From Candidatus Gastranaerophilales bacterium (GTDB lineage: Bacteria > Cyanobacteriota > Vampirovibrionia > Gastranaerophilales > Gastranaerophilaceae): a stretch of 42,091 bases of DNA. Of the stretch, positions 5,869 to 14,837 are shown piece after piece; position 1 is the stretch's first letter, and every line of letters begins with the position of its first letter. Location of the stretch: positions 1 through 42,091 of the forward strand of contig CALUYR010000309.1 of the NCBI GenBank assembly GCA_944325045.1, written 5' to 3'. The notes beneath the pieces were generated by a model. That model was given only the letters and a program-made list of their open reading frames with translations, was not told where the DNA came from and searched no databases. The position numbers and the translations under genes are program-made.

Positions 5869-7893
5869 CTATTTTCTATAACGTTTACCGCGCCAACCCT
5901 CGGCTTTTACAGGGCAGCCCTTAGCCCATTGGGGTATCGTTGACAACAGCGTTTCAAATTCCTGCACGTCTCCGCACCCTTCATCAACAGACGCAACGAC
6001 TTCATCATGTACGGTCATAGCTATTTTATATCCTTTAGCTTCAACGTTTTTCATTCCGTAAGCCATTAAATCCCTAGCCGTTGCTTGTACAATGTTTTCC
6101 ACGATTGAGCCGCCATAAGTATGTTGACGTTCCCATTTTTTGCTTAAAGAATTTACACCCATAAAGGTTAATTGTTCTTTAACCTCACCCCATGAAGTTT
6201 CAATCGGTTTAATTTGCGGCTCTGCATAGGCTATACAACGTCCGGACGGCAGACGGCAATATAAAAACTGTCCTTGAACTTTCCACATTATAGGACCTTC
6301 TTTAATTAACTGACCACGCTCTTTTACTGCTTTTATTGCTGCTCTTTCCTGCGCATACCAGCAAGCTACTACTTCCGGGTACGTTGCACGGTAGGTTTTA
6401 ACAACAAGATCAGCGGTCTCTCTTGTAATATCCATTCCGGTCATTGTCTTAACCTGTGCTTTGAACCGATCCGCTCCCATTTGATAACCGCAGCCCAGCA
6501 CGCCTGTTTTTCCTAATTGGCGTTCCTCTTTATCTTTTTTAGTAATCTTACGTTTATAAATCTCTGTCGCCAATTCGCAATAAATATCCGTACCATGCTT
6601 AAATGCTGTAAGACCTTTATCACAACCGGCAACCCAGAACAACACACGCGATTCAATATTTGAATAATCAGCTGCAATAAAGTCTTTTCCTGTATCTGCG
6701 ATTAAAAAGCCTCTTAATGAAGCGCTTATTGCGTCAATAACATTCGGATATACCGTAGCAAAAACATCATAATTATTGAGTTTGATTGTTTCAATTACGC
6801 TGTCTATGTTGTACTCTTCGGCACCTCTCGGAAAGTTTTGAACCTGAATACCCGCACCGGCCCAACGGCCTGTAGAAGCACCGTGATATACAAGAATATC
6901 TCTTACTTTGTTATCCGGACAAATACACATTTTTATTTTTTCCAGCTTAGAAGTCGAGGACTTACCGGCCTGTTGTCTGATTTCTAAAATTCTTTTAATC
7001 TTAGAATCGGTACAGTTTGCGAGGTATTCATTAATACTTGCGGCATTTAAAGACGGTAAGTCTTTTTTGTCAACAAAGTCATGCAAGTATTCCGTTAGCC
7101 TTTTAACTTCTGACGCCTTGGAGACTAAACCGCCAGTTAAATAGCAGAGTTCATCATTGAGTTTGTTTTTAAACGTATCGACAAATCGTATTGCTATATC
7201 TAACGTTTCAACATCTATTTTTATACCTCTGGAGTTAATCCTCTGGTCCAGTTTCCATATTTCACGCTCAAAAGAGTTTAACTCCGGTATAGCATTATCA
7301 ATGGCGGATTCAACTATTACGTCCTGTTCGCAATATTTATAAAGAGTTTTAAAATCTTCCGGATTATCGCACCATATTGACGGATCTTTTTTACTCGGTT
7401 TTTTCGGACGTGATAGTTTCATCATAATACGTTTTCCTGTTTCGTCCTTTTCTTCCGATAAATGTAAGGCCTTAGCGCAAGCACCTAATGCGCGCGGCAG
7501 TGCATGAGTTGCCGCCTTTGAGGCTGTGCATTCCCAACGATCAAAGTCTTTTAACTCCGGAAAACCGTATACCCCAGCCAGAATATTATTCCATATACAG
7601 TATTCAAACATGGAGTTATGGGCGTAAAATCTGACATCTGGATTTTTAGCTAATTGTATGATTTTTTCTATACTTGCAATTTCCGGATATACGCAAGACA
7701 TGCATTTATAATCAAACCACTCATTAAACATATTTTTTGTTATGGTTCCGGCTAATGTTTTGCCTCCCGGAAATTCTACACAATAACAAAGGCATAAGAC
7801 CGTTGTAGAGGGATCCAGACTGTAACGCCATGGACCCACATCTGCAACGCTTATTTTGCTACGTGTTTCAAAATCTAAATGTACCTTAATCAC
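5869..7893 (-). CDS. Family A DNA polymerase with 3'-5' exonuclease domain
   Basis: Exo motifs: DFETRS, HNSMFEY, YCEQD. Pol motif A: DYSNIESRVL. Motif B: RQLGKTGVLGCGYQMG. Motif C: TVHDEVV. Confidence 0.95.
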   Translation of the reverse strand: MIKVHLDFETRSKISVADVGPWRYSLDPSTTVLCLCYCVEFPGGKTLAGTITKNMFNEWFDYKCMSCVYPEIASIEKIIQLAKNPDVRFYAHNSMFEYCIWNNILAGVYGFPELKDFDRWECTASKAATHALPRALGACAKALHLSEEKDETGKRIMMKLSRPKKPSKKDPSIWCDNPEDFKTLYKYCEQDVIVESAIDNAIPELNSFEREIWKLDQRINSRGIKIDVETLDIAIRFVDTFKNKLNDELCYLTGGLVSKASEVKRLTEYLHDFVDKKDLPSLNAASINEYLANCTDSKIKRILEIRQQAGKSSTSKLEKIKMCICPDNKVRDILVYHGASTGRWAGAGIQVQNFPRGAEEYNIDSVIETIKLNNYDVFATVYPNVIDAISASLRGFLIADTGKDFIAADYSNIESRVLFWVAGCDKGLTAFKHGTDIYCELATEIYKRKITKKDKEERQLGKTGVLGCGYQMGADRFKAQVKTMTGMDITRETADLVVKTYRATYPEVVACWYAQERAAIKAVKERGQLIKEGPIMWKVQGQFLYCRLPSGRCIAYAEPQIKPIETSWGEVKEQLTFMGVNSLSKKWERQHTYGGSIVENIVQATARDLMAYGMKNVEAKGYKIAMTVHDEVVASVDEGCGDVQEFETLLSTIPQWAKGCPVKAEGWRGKRYRK

Positions 7894-7904
7894 GTAGCAC
7901 CGCC

Positions 7905-8444
7905 TTAAATACCTAGGATATTTTCCGCATTTTCAGCCGCACCGGAGAATTTTGCAAAGTCGTCCTCTGCTGACGCTCTTGATACAAGAGGTTCTCCGTC
8001 TTCCCATTTCATAAGGTTTTGAAGGCCGAAGGCTACACCTTTAGCGATATTATCGTAAGCGTACGCCGTAACGGTTGCTATCATATAGCAGCCGCTATAT
8101 ATCTCTTTAGGATCCATGATTGGCTGACATTGACGATTGACTACGCCCGGAGGTGCTATCATAGTTTTTGCAGTACAAATAATTTTGTCTTTATCTTCCG
8201 GATATTTATCTGTATCGCCTTGATTACCGTCTTTGAACGGTAATTTAATATTTTTAGGCGGGTTTGTTCCCCATTTTTCTTGAATAGCCTCTTGCACAAT
8301 AGCCTTCATGTCCGTAAAATTAGCGTCTTTATCGAATATCATCTTAACGGAATATTCTTCCTTACCCGATAACTGATTCAGACGCGGTGTAAATACGTGA
8401 ACAAAACTAGCTCTAAATACAGGTGTGTAAACTTTTCTTCCCAT
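7905..8444 (-). CDS. DUF2815-like single-stranded DNA-binding protein
   Basis: It sits between the PD-(D/E)XK nuclease and PolA, as in the conserved DUF2800-DUF2815-PolA module. It has an acidic C-terminal tail (SAEDDFAKF). Confidence 0.65.
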   Translation of the reverse strand: MGRKVYTPVFRASFVHVFTPRLNQLSGKEEYSVKMIFDKDANFTDMKAIVQEAIQEKWGTNPPKNIKLPFKDGNQGDTDKYPEDKDKIICTAKTMIAPPGVVNRQCQPIMDPKEIYSGCYMIATVTAYAYDNIAKGVAFGLQNLMKWEDGEPLVSRASAEDDFAKFSGAAENAENILGI

Positions 8445-8480
8445 GTTTGGTTTCTCCTTTTCTTTTTTACTGTTTTACTG

Positions 8481-8499
8481 TTTTTGTGTTTCGACAATT
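8481..8499 (-). promoter_or_regulatory. Conserved leader motif copy 3 (minus sense: AATTGTCGAAACACAAAAA)
   Basis: Lies 37 nt upstream of the 8444 start, with one extra base in the core. Confidence 0.55.
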
Positions 8500-8503
8500 T
8501 AAT

Positions 8504-9820
8504 TTATAAACCTAACTCGCTAATCGCTTGAAAATCTGCTATAGCTGTAGGCGTTTGTTTCTCTCGTAAATCCTCATCACGCGCGAGTTTTAATTCACCC
8601 TCCGGACGGTAACAATACGAAGCTACTATGTCCTTTACGCCCTTAGTATTTCCGAGAGCCTTTTCAACTTGCGCCGGAGTTTTTAAAGATCTGCTATATA
8701 AATCTTCCGGATTTATCCCCAGCTCGAGCGAAAGCATTGAGGTTATATTTTCTTCCGAATCATTCCATTTTCTATGGGTTTTATTACTCCGAACCAGCTT
8801 ATAACCCTCAATAGTTCCGCCATTATCCAGAATACGCAAAGCATAAGCCTTTACATCTTTAATGTATTGCTCGAGCAAATCCGCATTATCTAAAAAGAGT
8901 TTAATCTCTTCCGGCGTAAGCATTGAAGGGTGTTTTATAGCATTGTTTTCCGGTTTCTGTGCAAAATCTATTTTTGCTAGTTCATAGGTTTTATCGCGCA
9001 TAGCCAGACATATTAACTTAGCATTACAGAATCGGCACCATTTACCGGTACGCGTAGCCGCATTAGGTTTTCTGGTTTCTTCGATATGCTCTTTTAAATC
9101 GCGTTTGAACTGTGCTATACGTTCCGGAGTAGTTACCCAGCGTCTGACAGGACCTAGAGGGTGTTCTGCTCTCGGCTGTATAATAACAAGTTCAATGGAT
9201 TTAAAACTCATAAGGCTTTTACCGGCTGCGCCAATAGCATAATACATCATCTGCTTATTTTCCTGTGCTTCAACCGGTATACCGGCGCCATATTTGAAGT
9301 CATAAACGATTAAAGTCTCGCCCGGAACATAAATAGACGCGTCATTTGTACCCCTTGCCTCAATATCAACGTCTTTAAGTTCAAAGCCCTTCTCGATATT
9401 TACCCAAAGAGTATTAATTTTTTCCTGCGTTTCTTTATCCCATGCCTTCCATGCTTCCGGATTCTGTCCTTCTAATTGCACGGATTTGCGTAAATTACAC
9501 TCTATGCGCTTTGCGTCTTCCAGAATAGTATTAACGTATAAATTAGCGGCGTTTGCCATTTCTTCTGTTACTTTAAACTGAAAGTCATCAGCTTCATAGG
9601 TTTCACCAATACAAACGGTGGCGTCCCATTTAGCATTATAATGTACCTTATTTTTCAGTACATGCTCACATAAAGCATGGGCGGCTGTCCCCTCTGCGGC
9701 ATATTTTGACGGCTCCGCCGGAGGGAGTTTTGCGATTAACGCATTACTCCCCGGACAATTCCACCAACGCTCGCAGGACGAAGCACCTACAGGGCTATGT
9801 TGAATTACTGTCTCTGCCAT
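8504..9820 (-). CDS. PD-(D/E)XK (Cas4/RecB-like, DUF2800-type) exonuclease
   Basis: The cysteines CERWWNC (N-terminal) and CRFCNAKLIC (C-terminal) flank the core motifs IVYDFKYG and QMMYYAIG. Confidence 0.8.
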   Translation of the reverse strand: MAETVIQHSPVGASSCERWWNCPGSNALIAKLPPAEPSKYAAEGTAAHALCEHVLKNKVHYNAKWDATVCIGETYEADDFQFKVTEEMANAANLYVNTILEDAKRIECNLRKSVQLEGQNPEAWKAWDKETQEKINTLWVNIEKGFELKDVDIEARGTNDASIYVPGETLIVYDFKYGAGIPVEAQENKQMMYYAIGAAGKSLMSFKSIELVIIQPRAEHPLGPVRRWVTTPERIAQFKRDLKEHIEETRKPNAATRTGKWCRFCNAKLICLAMRDKTYELAKIDFAQKPENNAIKHPSMLTPEEIKLFLDNADLLEQYIKDVKAYALRILDNGGTIEGYKLVRSNKTHRKWNDSEENITSMLSLELGINPEDLYSRSLKTPAQVEKALGNTKGVKDIVASYCYRPEGELKLARDEDLREKQTPTAIADFQAISELGL

Positions 9821-10281
9821 TATGCCACCTTTAAATCATTAATAACTGCCGCATAATGTTCCGGTTTAACCTCTGGTACAAGAGTGTAACCATATTTTGT
9901 TAAAACCGCTTTAGCCTGTTGCACACCTGTTGCTTGATCCGGTGCGGCTTTTATAAATGCTGTAAAGGCTGTTCTTACATCATCTAACGTTAATTCAACT
10001 TTAGTTTCAGCCGGTGTATCTACTCCTAACAGGTCATCAACGGAATTGTCTGCCGCCGGAACAGGTGTAGTGTCTTCTACAACTTCTGCTACCGCTACCG
10101 GTTCAACTGGTTCAACCGGTGCCGGTTCAGTCGGTTCCGCTTTTTTCTTTGAGCTTTTTTTCTTAGGTGCTTCTTGTGTAGGTCCACTACAAGTATTACA
10201 TGCTAGTTCTGTATTTTCTGCAATACCTACCATTTTTTCAAGTGCATTTGCGATTCTTTCGAGTGAGTTTTCAATTGTCAT
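9820..10281 (-). CDS. Candidate nested in-frame gene (internal start within the SNF2 ORF); Pro/Glu-rich linker plus a small C-terminal domain
   Basis: ATG at 10281 is preceded by RBS aaaaggagaag and by conserved motif copy 4 (10304-10318). Confidence 0.45.
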   Translation of the reverse strand: MTIENSLERIANALEKMVGIAENTELACNTCSGPTQEAPKKKSSKKKAEPTEPAPVEPVEPVAVAEVVEDTTPVPAADNSVDDLLGVDTPAETKVELTLDDVRTAFTAFIKAAPDQATGVQQAKAVLTKYGYTLVPEVKPEHYAAVINDLKVA

Positions 10282-11607
10282 GGTTTTCTTCTCCTTTTCT
10301 TTACTTGTATTCGACAATATTCGGGTAATCACTTTACCCTTCCTTATAACTGTTTGTAACATTTCATCTTCTAAGGTTTCCGGTACAACAAGGTAATGCG
10401 CAACTACAGGATTAATCTGTCCTATACGCCTTACCCTGTCTCTTGCTTGATCCATGTTACCCGGCACCCAGTCAATTTCAGCAAAAACAATGTCACTTGC
10501 CGCCTTTTGCAGACCGTCAACCCCAAATCCAGCCGCCGTAAATTGTCCGATAAAAATTCTACTGTTTTTATCTCTAATAAATAGATCAACTTCCATTTGT
10601 TTACCCTTAGCGGTCATGCCGCCGAGGATAGCACGGACACCATAGCCGGCCAAACGCCTGCGTAATTCATTTATAACATCTCTATGATAAGCAAAAATAA
10701 CTATTTTTTCTTGCGTTTGCAAAAGGTTTTGTGCATATTCGATCACCTGCGGTATTTTTGCTATTCCTAACTGTCTGCGGATTGTAGCTTGAACCCCCAG
10801 ACCTTCATTATCGTTATACTCATTTATGTCTTCTTGCAGTTCGCTTTCTTCATTTAATACTTTTTGTATTTCTTCCGTTAATTCTAACTCAATATTTTTT
10901 TCAATTAACGGTGGTAATTCCGGTAAAACTTCTTCCTTTGTACGTCTTAGCATAAAGGGCTTAATACGTTCCGCTAACTCTTCTACATTGGACGCCCCAC
11001 GGTCGTATAAACTGCCGTAGCTATCTATATAACCACCGCAATATCTTACCGCATAACTTTCATAATCGGTATATGGTTCTATGCACTCTGGTGCAAGAGT
11101 TTTGAGCATAATATAAAAATCTTTAGGCCGATTCCGGATCGGTGTGCCTGTTAAGCAATAAACACGATCAGCGCTTCTGATAAGTCCGGAATTAGAAAAA
11201 ACCTTTTTTGTACGCTGTGCTTCTTTATTTGAGAGATTATGCGCCTCATCAAGTACAATAACATCAAAATGTAAGCTTCTTAGCTGTGAATGTATTTCAT
11301 TATGGATTATCAAATCATAATTACAAATAATTACATTTACATCTTTTTCAACTTTATCCTTTATTTTATAGATAATCTGATACTTATAATCGCCTGTAAC
11401 CCACTCTTTTAATTCCCGTTCCCAGTTAATTTTTAATGTAGATAGGGTTAATACTAAAACACGTTTAGGGGCGAGTTTGTTAATAACTGCCGCTGCTTGT
11501 ACGGTTTTACCTAGCCCCATATCATCTGCTAATAGTGCGGTTTGTCGGTTTAGCATGAAATCTCTGCCGATTTCTTGAAAGTGTTTAAGTTGTTTCATCT
11601 GTTCCAT
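9820..11607 (-). CDS. SNF2/Rad54-family helicase, fused in frame to a ~153-aa downstream module
   Basis: Motifs seen: DDMGLGKT, VLDEAHNL, LTGTPIRN, QARDRVRRIGQ. The helicase homology ends near ...ILSNTSKEKEKKT. Confidence 0.9.
   Translation of the reverse strand: MEQMKQLKHFQEIGRDFMLNRQTALLADDMGLGKTVQAAAVINKLAPKRVLVLTLSTLKINWERELKEWVTGDYKYQIIYKIKDKVEKDVNVIICNYDLIIHNEIHSQLRSLHFDVIVLDEAHNLSNKEAQRTKKVFSNSGLIRSADRVYCLTGTPIRNRPKDFYIMLKTLAPECIEPYTDYESYAVRYCGGYIDSYGSLYDRGASNVEELAERIKPFMLRRTKEEVLPELPPLIEKNIELELTEEIQKVLNEESELQEDINEYNDNEGLGVQATIRRQLGIAKIPQVIEYAQNLLQTQEKIVIFAYHRDVINELRRRLAGYGVRAILGGMTAKGKQMEVDLFIRDKNSRIFIGQFTAAGFGVDGLQKAASDIVFAEIDWVPGNMDQARDRVRRIGQINPVVAHYLVVPETLEDEMLQTVIRKGKVITRILSNTSKEKEKKTMTIENSLERIANALEKMVGIAENTELACNTCSGPTQEAPKKKSSKKKAEPTEPAPVEPVEPVAVAEVVEDTTPVPAADNSVDDLLGVDTPAETKVELTLDDVRTAFTAFIKAAPDQATGVQQAKAVLTKYGYTLVPEVKPEHYAAVINDLKVA
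10304..10318 (-). promoter_or_regulatory. Conserved leader motif copy 4 (minus sense: ATTGTCGAATACAAG), inside the SNF2 ORF
   Basis: Lies 23 nt upstream of the internal ATG at 10281. Confidence 0.45.
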
Positions 11608-11695
11608 ACCTTTTATCTGTATAAGTACCGGTTTTCCGTTGATTTTTTAACGAGGTCCCTTTAAAACCGGCAAAACATTGTATCCTCTCCTTTTG

Positions 11696-11714
11696 GTGCG
11701 GAGGAGCCACGCAC
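11696..11714 (-). promoter_or_regulatory. Intercistronic hairpin with a conserved 9-nt loop (minus sense: gtgcg-TGGCTCCTC-cgcac)
   Basis: 5-bp stem. The loop shares TRGCTCCTC with the hairpin at 18092-18116. Confidence 0.4.
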
Positions 11715-11720
11715 TCAATG

Positions 11721-13832
11721 CTATTCAAGCCCTAGAGCTTTTAAACTTATTACTTCTTTTTTCCTGTATCCGTTTGTAGTTTTATTGAGTTTTTTATGAT
11801 GAAATTTTCCTTTTTCCCAGTCAAGTTCCTTAACCATAATGTGAGCAACTCTGTTAAGTTCGCGGTTAGACATTCTGCTGACAGGGATTCCGATACATTC
11901 TTCTAATATCTCTCTGCCTGTTATTACTGTTCGTTCTTTTCCAAACTCGTCCGGACGTAATAGCCATTCCCGAATCGGCTCAATCCATGGATCTCTCTGT
12001 CTTCTTTTTTCTGTTTCTTCATTAGCCATACGTATTAATTCGCCTTCCAAATATAACTTTTCGCCTTTAAAATATCTTATTACCGCTTCGGCCAACAGTT
12101 GATTTCTTATCTCTCTTAATCCTTCAAAATCAACCTTATGGCATACTACCGGCCAAAAACGCCTGTTACCTGTAACATCTTTTAAGTATCCGCTGCCCTC
12201 TTCCGGATTAATAGTTCCGATAAAAATGCTTTGTCTCGGATAATCTTCTGCGTTTCTGCGATACGCAAGCCTTACGCGGTCTGTAGTACGCGATAGAAAT
12301 GATTTTAATTTATCGGTTTCAACCTTACGGCTGCATACCATTTCTGATACTTCGATAATCCAATTACCGCGCATAGCGTCAATAGTATCCTTGTCACTAT
12401 CGGTAATCCCTATATCTCCGTACCATTCTCCGCCTAAGATACTTATTAACGTGCTTTTACCGATACCCTGCTCCCCTTCAAGAACAAGCATTGTATCAAA
12501 CTTTATTCCCGGATTAAATACACGTGCTACCGCACCTATTAAGGTTTTACAGCCGACAGCACGGGTATACGCATTATCATCTACACCGGCATAATCAGTA
12601 AGCCATGTATCTAACCTATTAACGCCGTCCCATTCAAGAGTTTTTAAAAAGTCCCTTACAGGGTGATAACGGAATTTTTCAGCAGCGATAATAGCCGCCT
12701 CTTGACATAATTGAGTAGAAACATTAAAGAATCTTACACGACTTAGCCAGTATTTAAAATTTATTGCGTCTGAATCAGTCCATGCTCCAAGTCTCTTACC
12801 GTTATGCCATGGCGCCGGTTTTACAAAAGTTATATCATTCGTGAAATCATTGTATTTCAGAATGCCTAAAAACGGATATTCCTTGCATAACAAATAGTTT
12901 ACAGTGTTTCTGATTGTCGGCAATAGTCTTTTAGTTTGCTCATTATAATCCCATTTTAATTCGCTTTCATGCTCTCCTATAGTCTCCTCGTCCAGATCTC
13001 TAAATTGAGCAAAGTCCTGTTCTGCGGTATGTTTTCCGACTTTATCAGCATTGTATCTATAGGCGTTATCAACCTTCTTTTTTAAGTCCTCTAGTTCCCA
13101 AACAGGAATGCAACGAGGGTTCCAGTGTTCCGCCATAAGTTCAAAGGTTTTTTGAGCAGTAAGCGCGAAATCTCTACCCCTGCAAGCGGTTTTGAATGTG
13201 CAAATGTCACCGCCTTCGCCTTCAATAGCTGCCGGCGCCCCTTGCAAGAATTTTATGTATCTTAAAATATTCTGGTCGCTGTCATCAAAAGCGGTATCGT
13301 TATTAGAGTTAAGGTCTATTTCTTCACGTTGAATAGCTTTTAACAAGGTTTCCGGAATAGGTGCCGGCTTAAACGGATAACGTTTTATCATGTATGGATT
13401 ACCGGTCTCTGGGTGAATGCTTCCGGCCCCTACTACCTGCTGCCCATAAGATTTAAACTCAATCCCCGGATACTCTTTAAGAGCGTTTTTAACAGCAATA
13501 TCGGCGGGTTTTTTGAAATAAATATGCACACCGCCACCGCCTGTAATAACAAGGAATGTCTTATCGAAAGAAAAGTGTAGATCCTTAGCTAGTTTAAGTA
13601 ATATGTTACTATCGGTGGGGAACCGCCTCGGATCTACATCGACTACCAAATCATCATGACGTAATACTACGCCATAGTTCCCTTCTATCTCTTCTCCCGT
13701 TAAAAATGGATTATATTCAGTTTTTACCCAGTCTCTGCGCAAAGGTATTTTTCCATTGAGCGGCGTAAGTGTATAGCCTGCGTCAACATAACCCTGTACA
13801 AGACTGTTTCTGTCATACTGTTTGCTGCTCAT
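11721..13832 (-). CDS. Bifunctional primase-polymerase (Prim-Pol) / D5-VirE-like P-loop helicase
   Basis: The N-terminus GYTLTPLNGKIPLRRDW...LVVDVDPR is Prim-Pol-like. Walker A is LEGEQGIGKST, in a VirE/D5-like C-terminal half. Confidence 0.85.
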   Translation of the reverse strand: MSSKQYDRNSLVQGYVDAGYTLTPLNGKIPLRRDWVKTEYNPFLTGEEIEGNYGVVLRHDDLVVDVDPRRFPTDSNILLKLAKDLHFSFDKTFLVITGGGGVHIYFKKPADIAVKNALKEYPGIEFKSYGQQVVGAGSIHPETGNPYMIKRYPFKPAPIPETLLKAIQREEIDLNSNNDTAFDDSDQNILRYIKFLQGAPAAIEGEGGDICTFKTACRGRDFALTAQKTFELMAEHWNPRCIPVWELEDLKKKVDNAYRYNADKVGKHTAEQDFAQFRDLDEETIGEHESELKWDYNEQTKRLLPTIRNTVNYLLCKEYPFLGILKYNDFTNDITFVKPAPWHNGKRLGAWTDSDAINFKYWLSRVRFFNVSTQLCQEAAIIAAEKFRYHPVRDFLKTLEWDGVNRLDTWLTDYAGVDDNAYTRAVGCKTLIGAVARVFNPGIKFDTMLVLEGEQGIGKSTLISILGGEWYGDIGITDSDKDTIDAMRGNWIIEVSEMVCSRKVETDKLKSFLSRTTDRVRLAYRRNAEDYPRQSIFIGTINPEEGSGYLKDVTGNRRFWPVVCHKVDFEGLREIRNQLLAEAVIRYFKGEKLYLEGELIRMANEETEKRRQRDPWIEPIREWLLRPDEFGKERTVITGREILEECIGIPVSRMSNRELNRVAHIMVKELDWEKGKFHHKKLNKTTNGYRKKEVISLKALGLE

Positions 13833-14034
13833 TTACACGTCCTGCATACATATTAGCTATAATAGCCGCTTTTTCCACTTCTTCCGGATTAAAATACCAA
13901 TTATCATCAATCCATTTTACAGCCGGTATTTTACCCTTTCTTGCGTAGTGGCTCCACATGGCTTGACTATCACCGTACTTCTCTTCCATTTCTTTAGAAG
14001 TGTAATGCATGACGCCGTTAATCAATCTCGACAT
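13813..14034 (-). CDS. Small HTH (excisionase-like) DNA-binding protein
   Basis: The sequence WSHYARKGKIPAVKWIDDNWYFNPEEVEKA is seen. It is the first gene after the promoter and motif copy 5. Confidence 0.5.
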   Translation of the reverse strand: MSRLINGVMHYTSKEMEEKYGDSQAMWSHYARKGKIPAVKWIDDNWYFNPEEVEKAAIIANMYAGRVNEQQTV

Positions 14035-14062
14035 CTCTCAACCTCCGAAAACTATTAAAAAA

Positions 14063-14078
14063 TTTGTGTTCGACAATT
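14063..14078 (-). promoter_or_regulatory. Conserved leader motif copy 5 (minus sense: AATTGTCGAACACAAA)
   Basis: Lies 29 nt upstream of the 14034 start. Confidence 0.6.
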
Positions 14079-14102
14079 AAGTCATATTGACTTATATTAA
14101 CT

Positions 14103-14130
14103 ATTATCTACAATAATTTAAATGTGTCAA
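14103..14130 (-). promoter_or_regulatory. Sigma70-like promoter
   Basis: On the minus strand: ttgaca, 16-nt spacer, gataat. Confidence 0.5.
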
Positions 14131-14144
14131 GTAGTTATTAAAAA

Positions 14145-14516
14145 TTAATAAGAGTACATATACAAAATACCGTTTTTCGTGATAAAACCGTTATAAAAAG
14201 TAGGGTAAATCCGTGATACCCCTTCTGTCTCAACAACTCCGGTAATTGCATTATAATTTGCTTTTAATCCTTGACTATTAAGATAATTAGCCCATTCTTG
14301 TTTTGATTGCACCTGTTTTGCTTGTGCTTCACGTAGCTTATAAAAAGATTCTTCCTCTTTTTGAGCCTTACAAGCTGCTATCTGTTCAGGAGTTAGTTTT
14401 TTAACCTCTTTACCCGCAATCAACGCTTGAATATTATCCGATTGCGTAGGGCATTCCATAGCAAATGCCGGCATAGATAGAAAAATAATTACGATAAAAA
14501 TTTTTGCGAATTTCAT
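14145..14516 (-). CDS. Secreted or exported small protein with an N-terminal signal peptide
   Basis: MKFAKIFIVIIFLSMPAFAMECP is a signal-peptide-like N-terminus. The ORF track opens at 14534. Confidence 0.55.
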   Translation of the reverse strand: MKFAKIFIVIIFLSMPAFAMECPTQSDNIQALIAGKEVKKLTPEQIAACKAQKEEESFYKLREAQAKQVQSKQEWANYLNSQGLKANYNAITGVVETEGVSRIYPTFYNGFITKNGILYMYSY

Positions 14517-14523
14517 ATTTATA

Positions 14524-14835
14524 TTATACCTCATTTTTAAGATTTTTAAACCCTCTCTTCTTTAATAGAAGCCCGCTTAAATTCGTACATATATTAGCGG
14601 CGAGCAGTTCACTAATAGTATTAAATCCAGCTCTTGCGCACCTATATTCCATAAAAGTCATGCAATGATAATATGTACAGCTATAATACTCACTACAAAA
14701 AATAAAAGTAGCGCAAACGGTTTTCCTTTTTAAGTATTTAAATGTTACCTTTATATTATAGCTAAGGAATTCTGCTCTTAATATGTCCCTAACTAAACGA
14801 TACATTTTTTTAATTTCTGTGCATTCTTTTCTCAT
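14524..14835 (-). CDS. Hypothetical Cys/Tyr-rich protein
   Basis: ORF starting 3 nt after the stop of the frameshifted methyltransferase reading frame. Confidence 0.45.
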   Translation of the reverse strand: MRKECTEIKKMYRLVRDILRAEFLSYNIKVTFKYLKRKTVCATFIFCSEYYSCTYYHCMTFMEYRCARAGFNTISELLAANICTNLSGLLLKKRGFKNLKNEV

Positions 14836-14837
14836 AG

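Noticed and set aside
10046-11020. Plus-strand ORFs antisense to the SNF2 gene. Similar shadow ORFs lie at 1930-2280, 6908-7342, 8019-8243, 12391-12594, 13822-14058, 15119-15470, 23409-23993, 24943-25257 and 33339-33707.
   Set aside because: All lie within, and opposite or out of frame to, confidently identified genes and lack translation signals.
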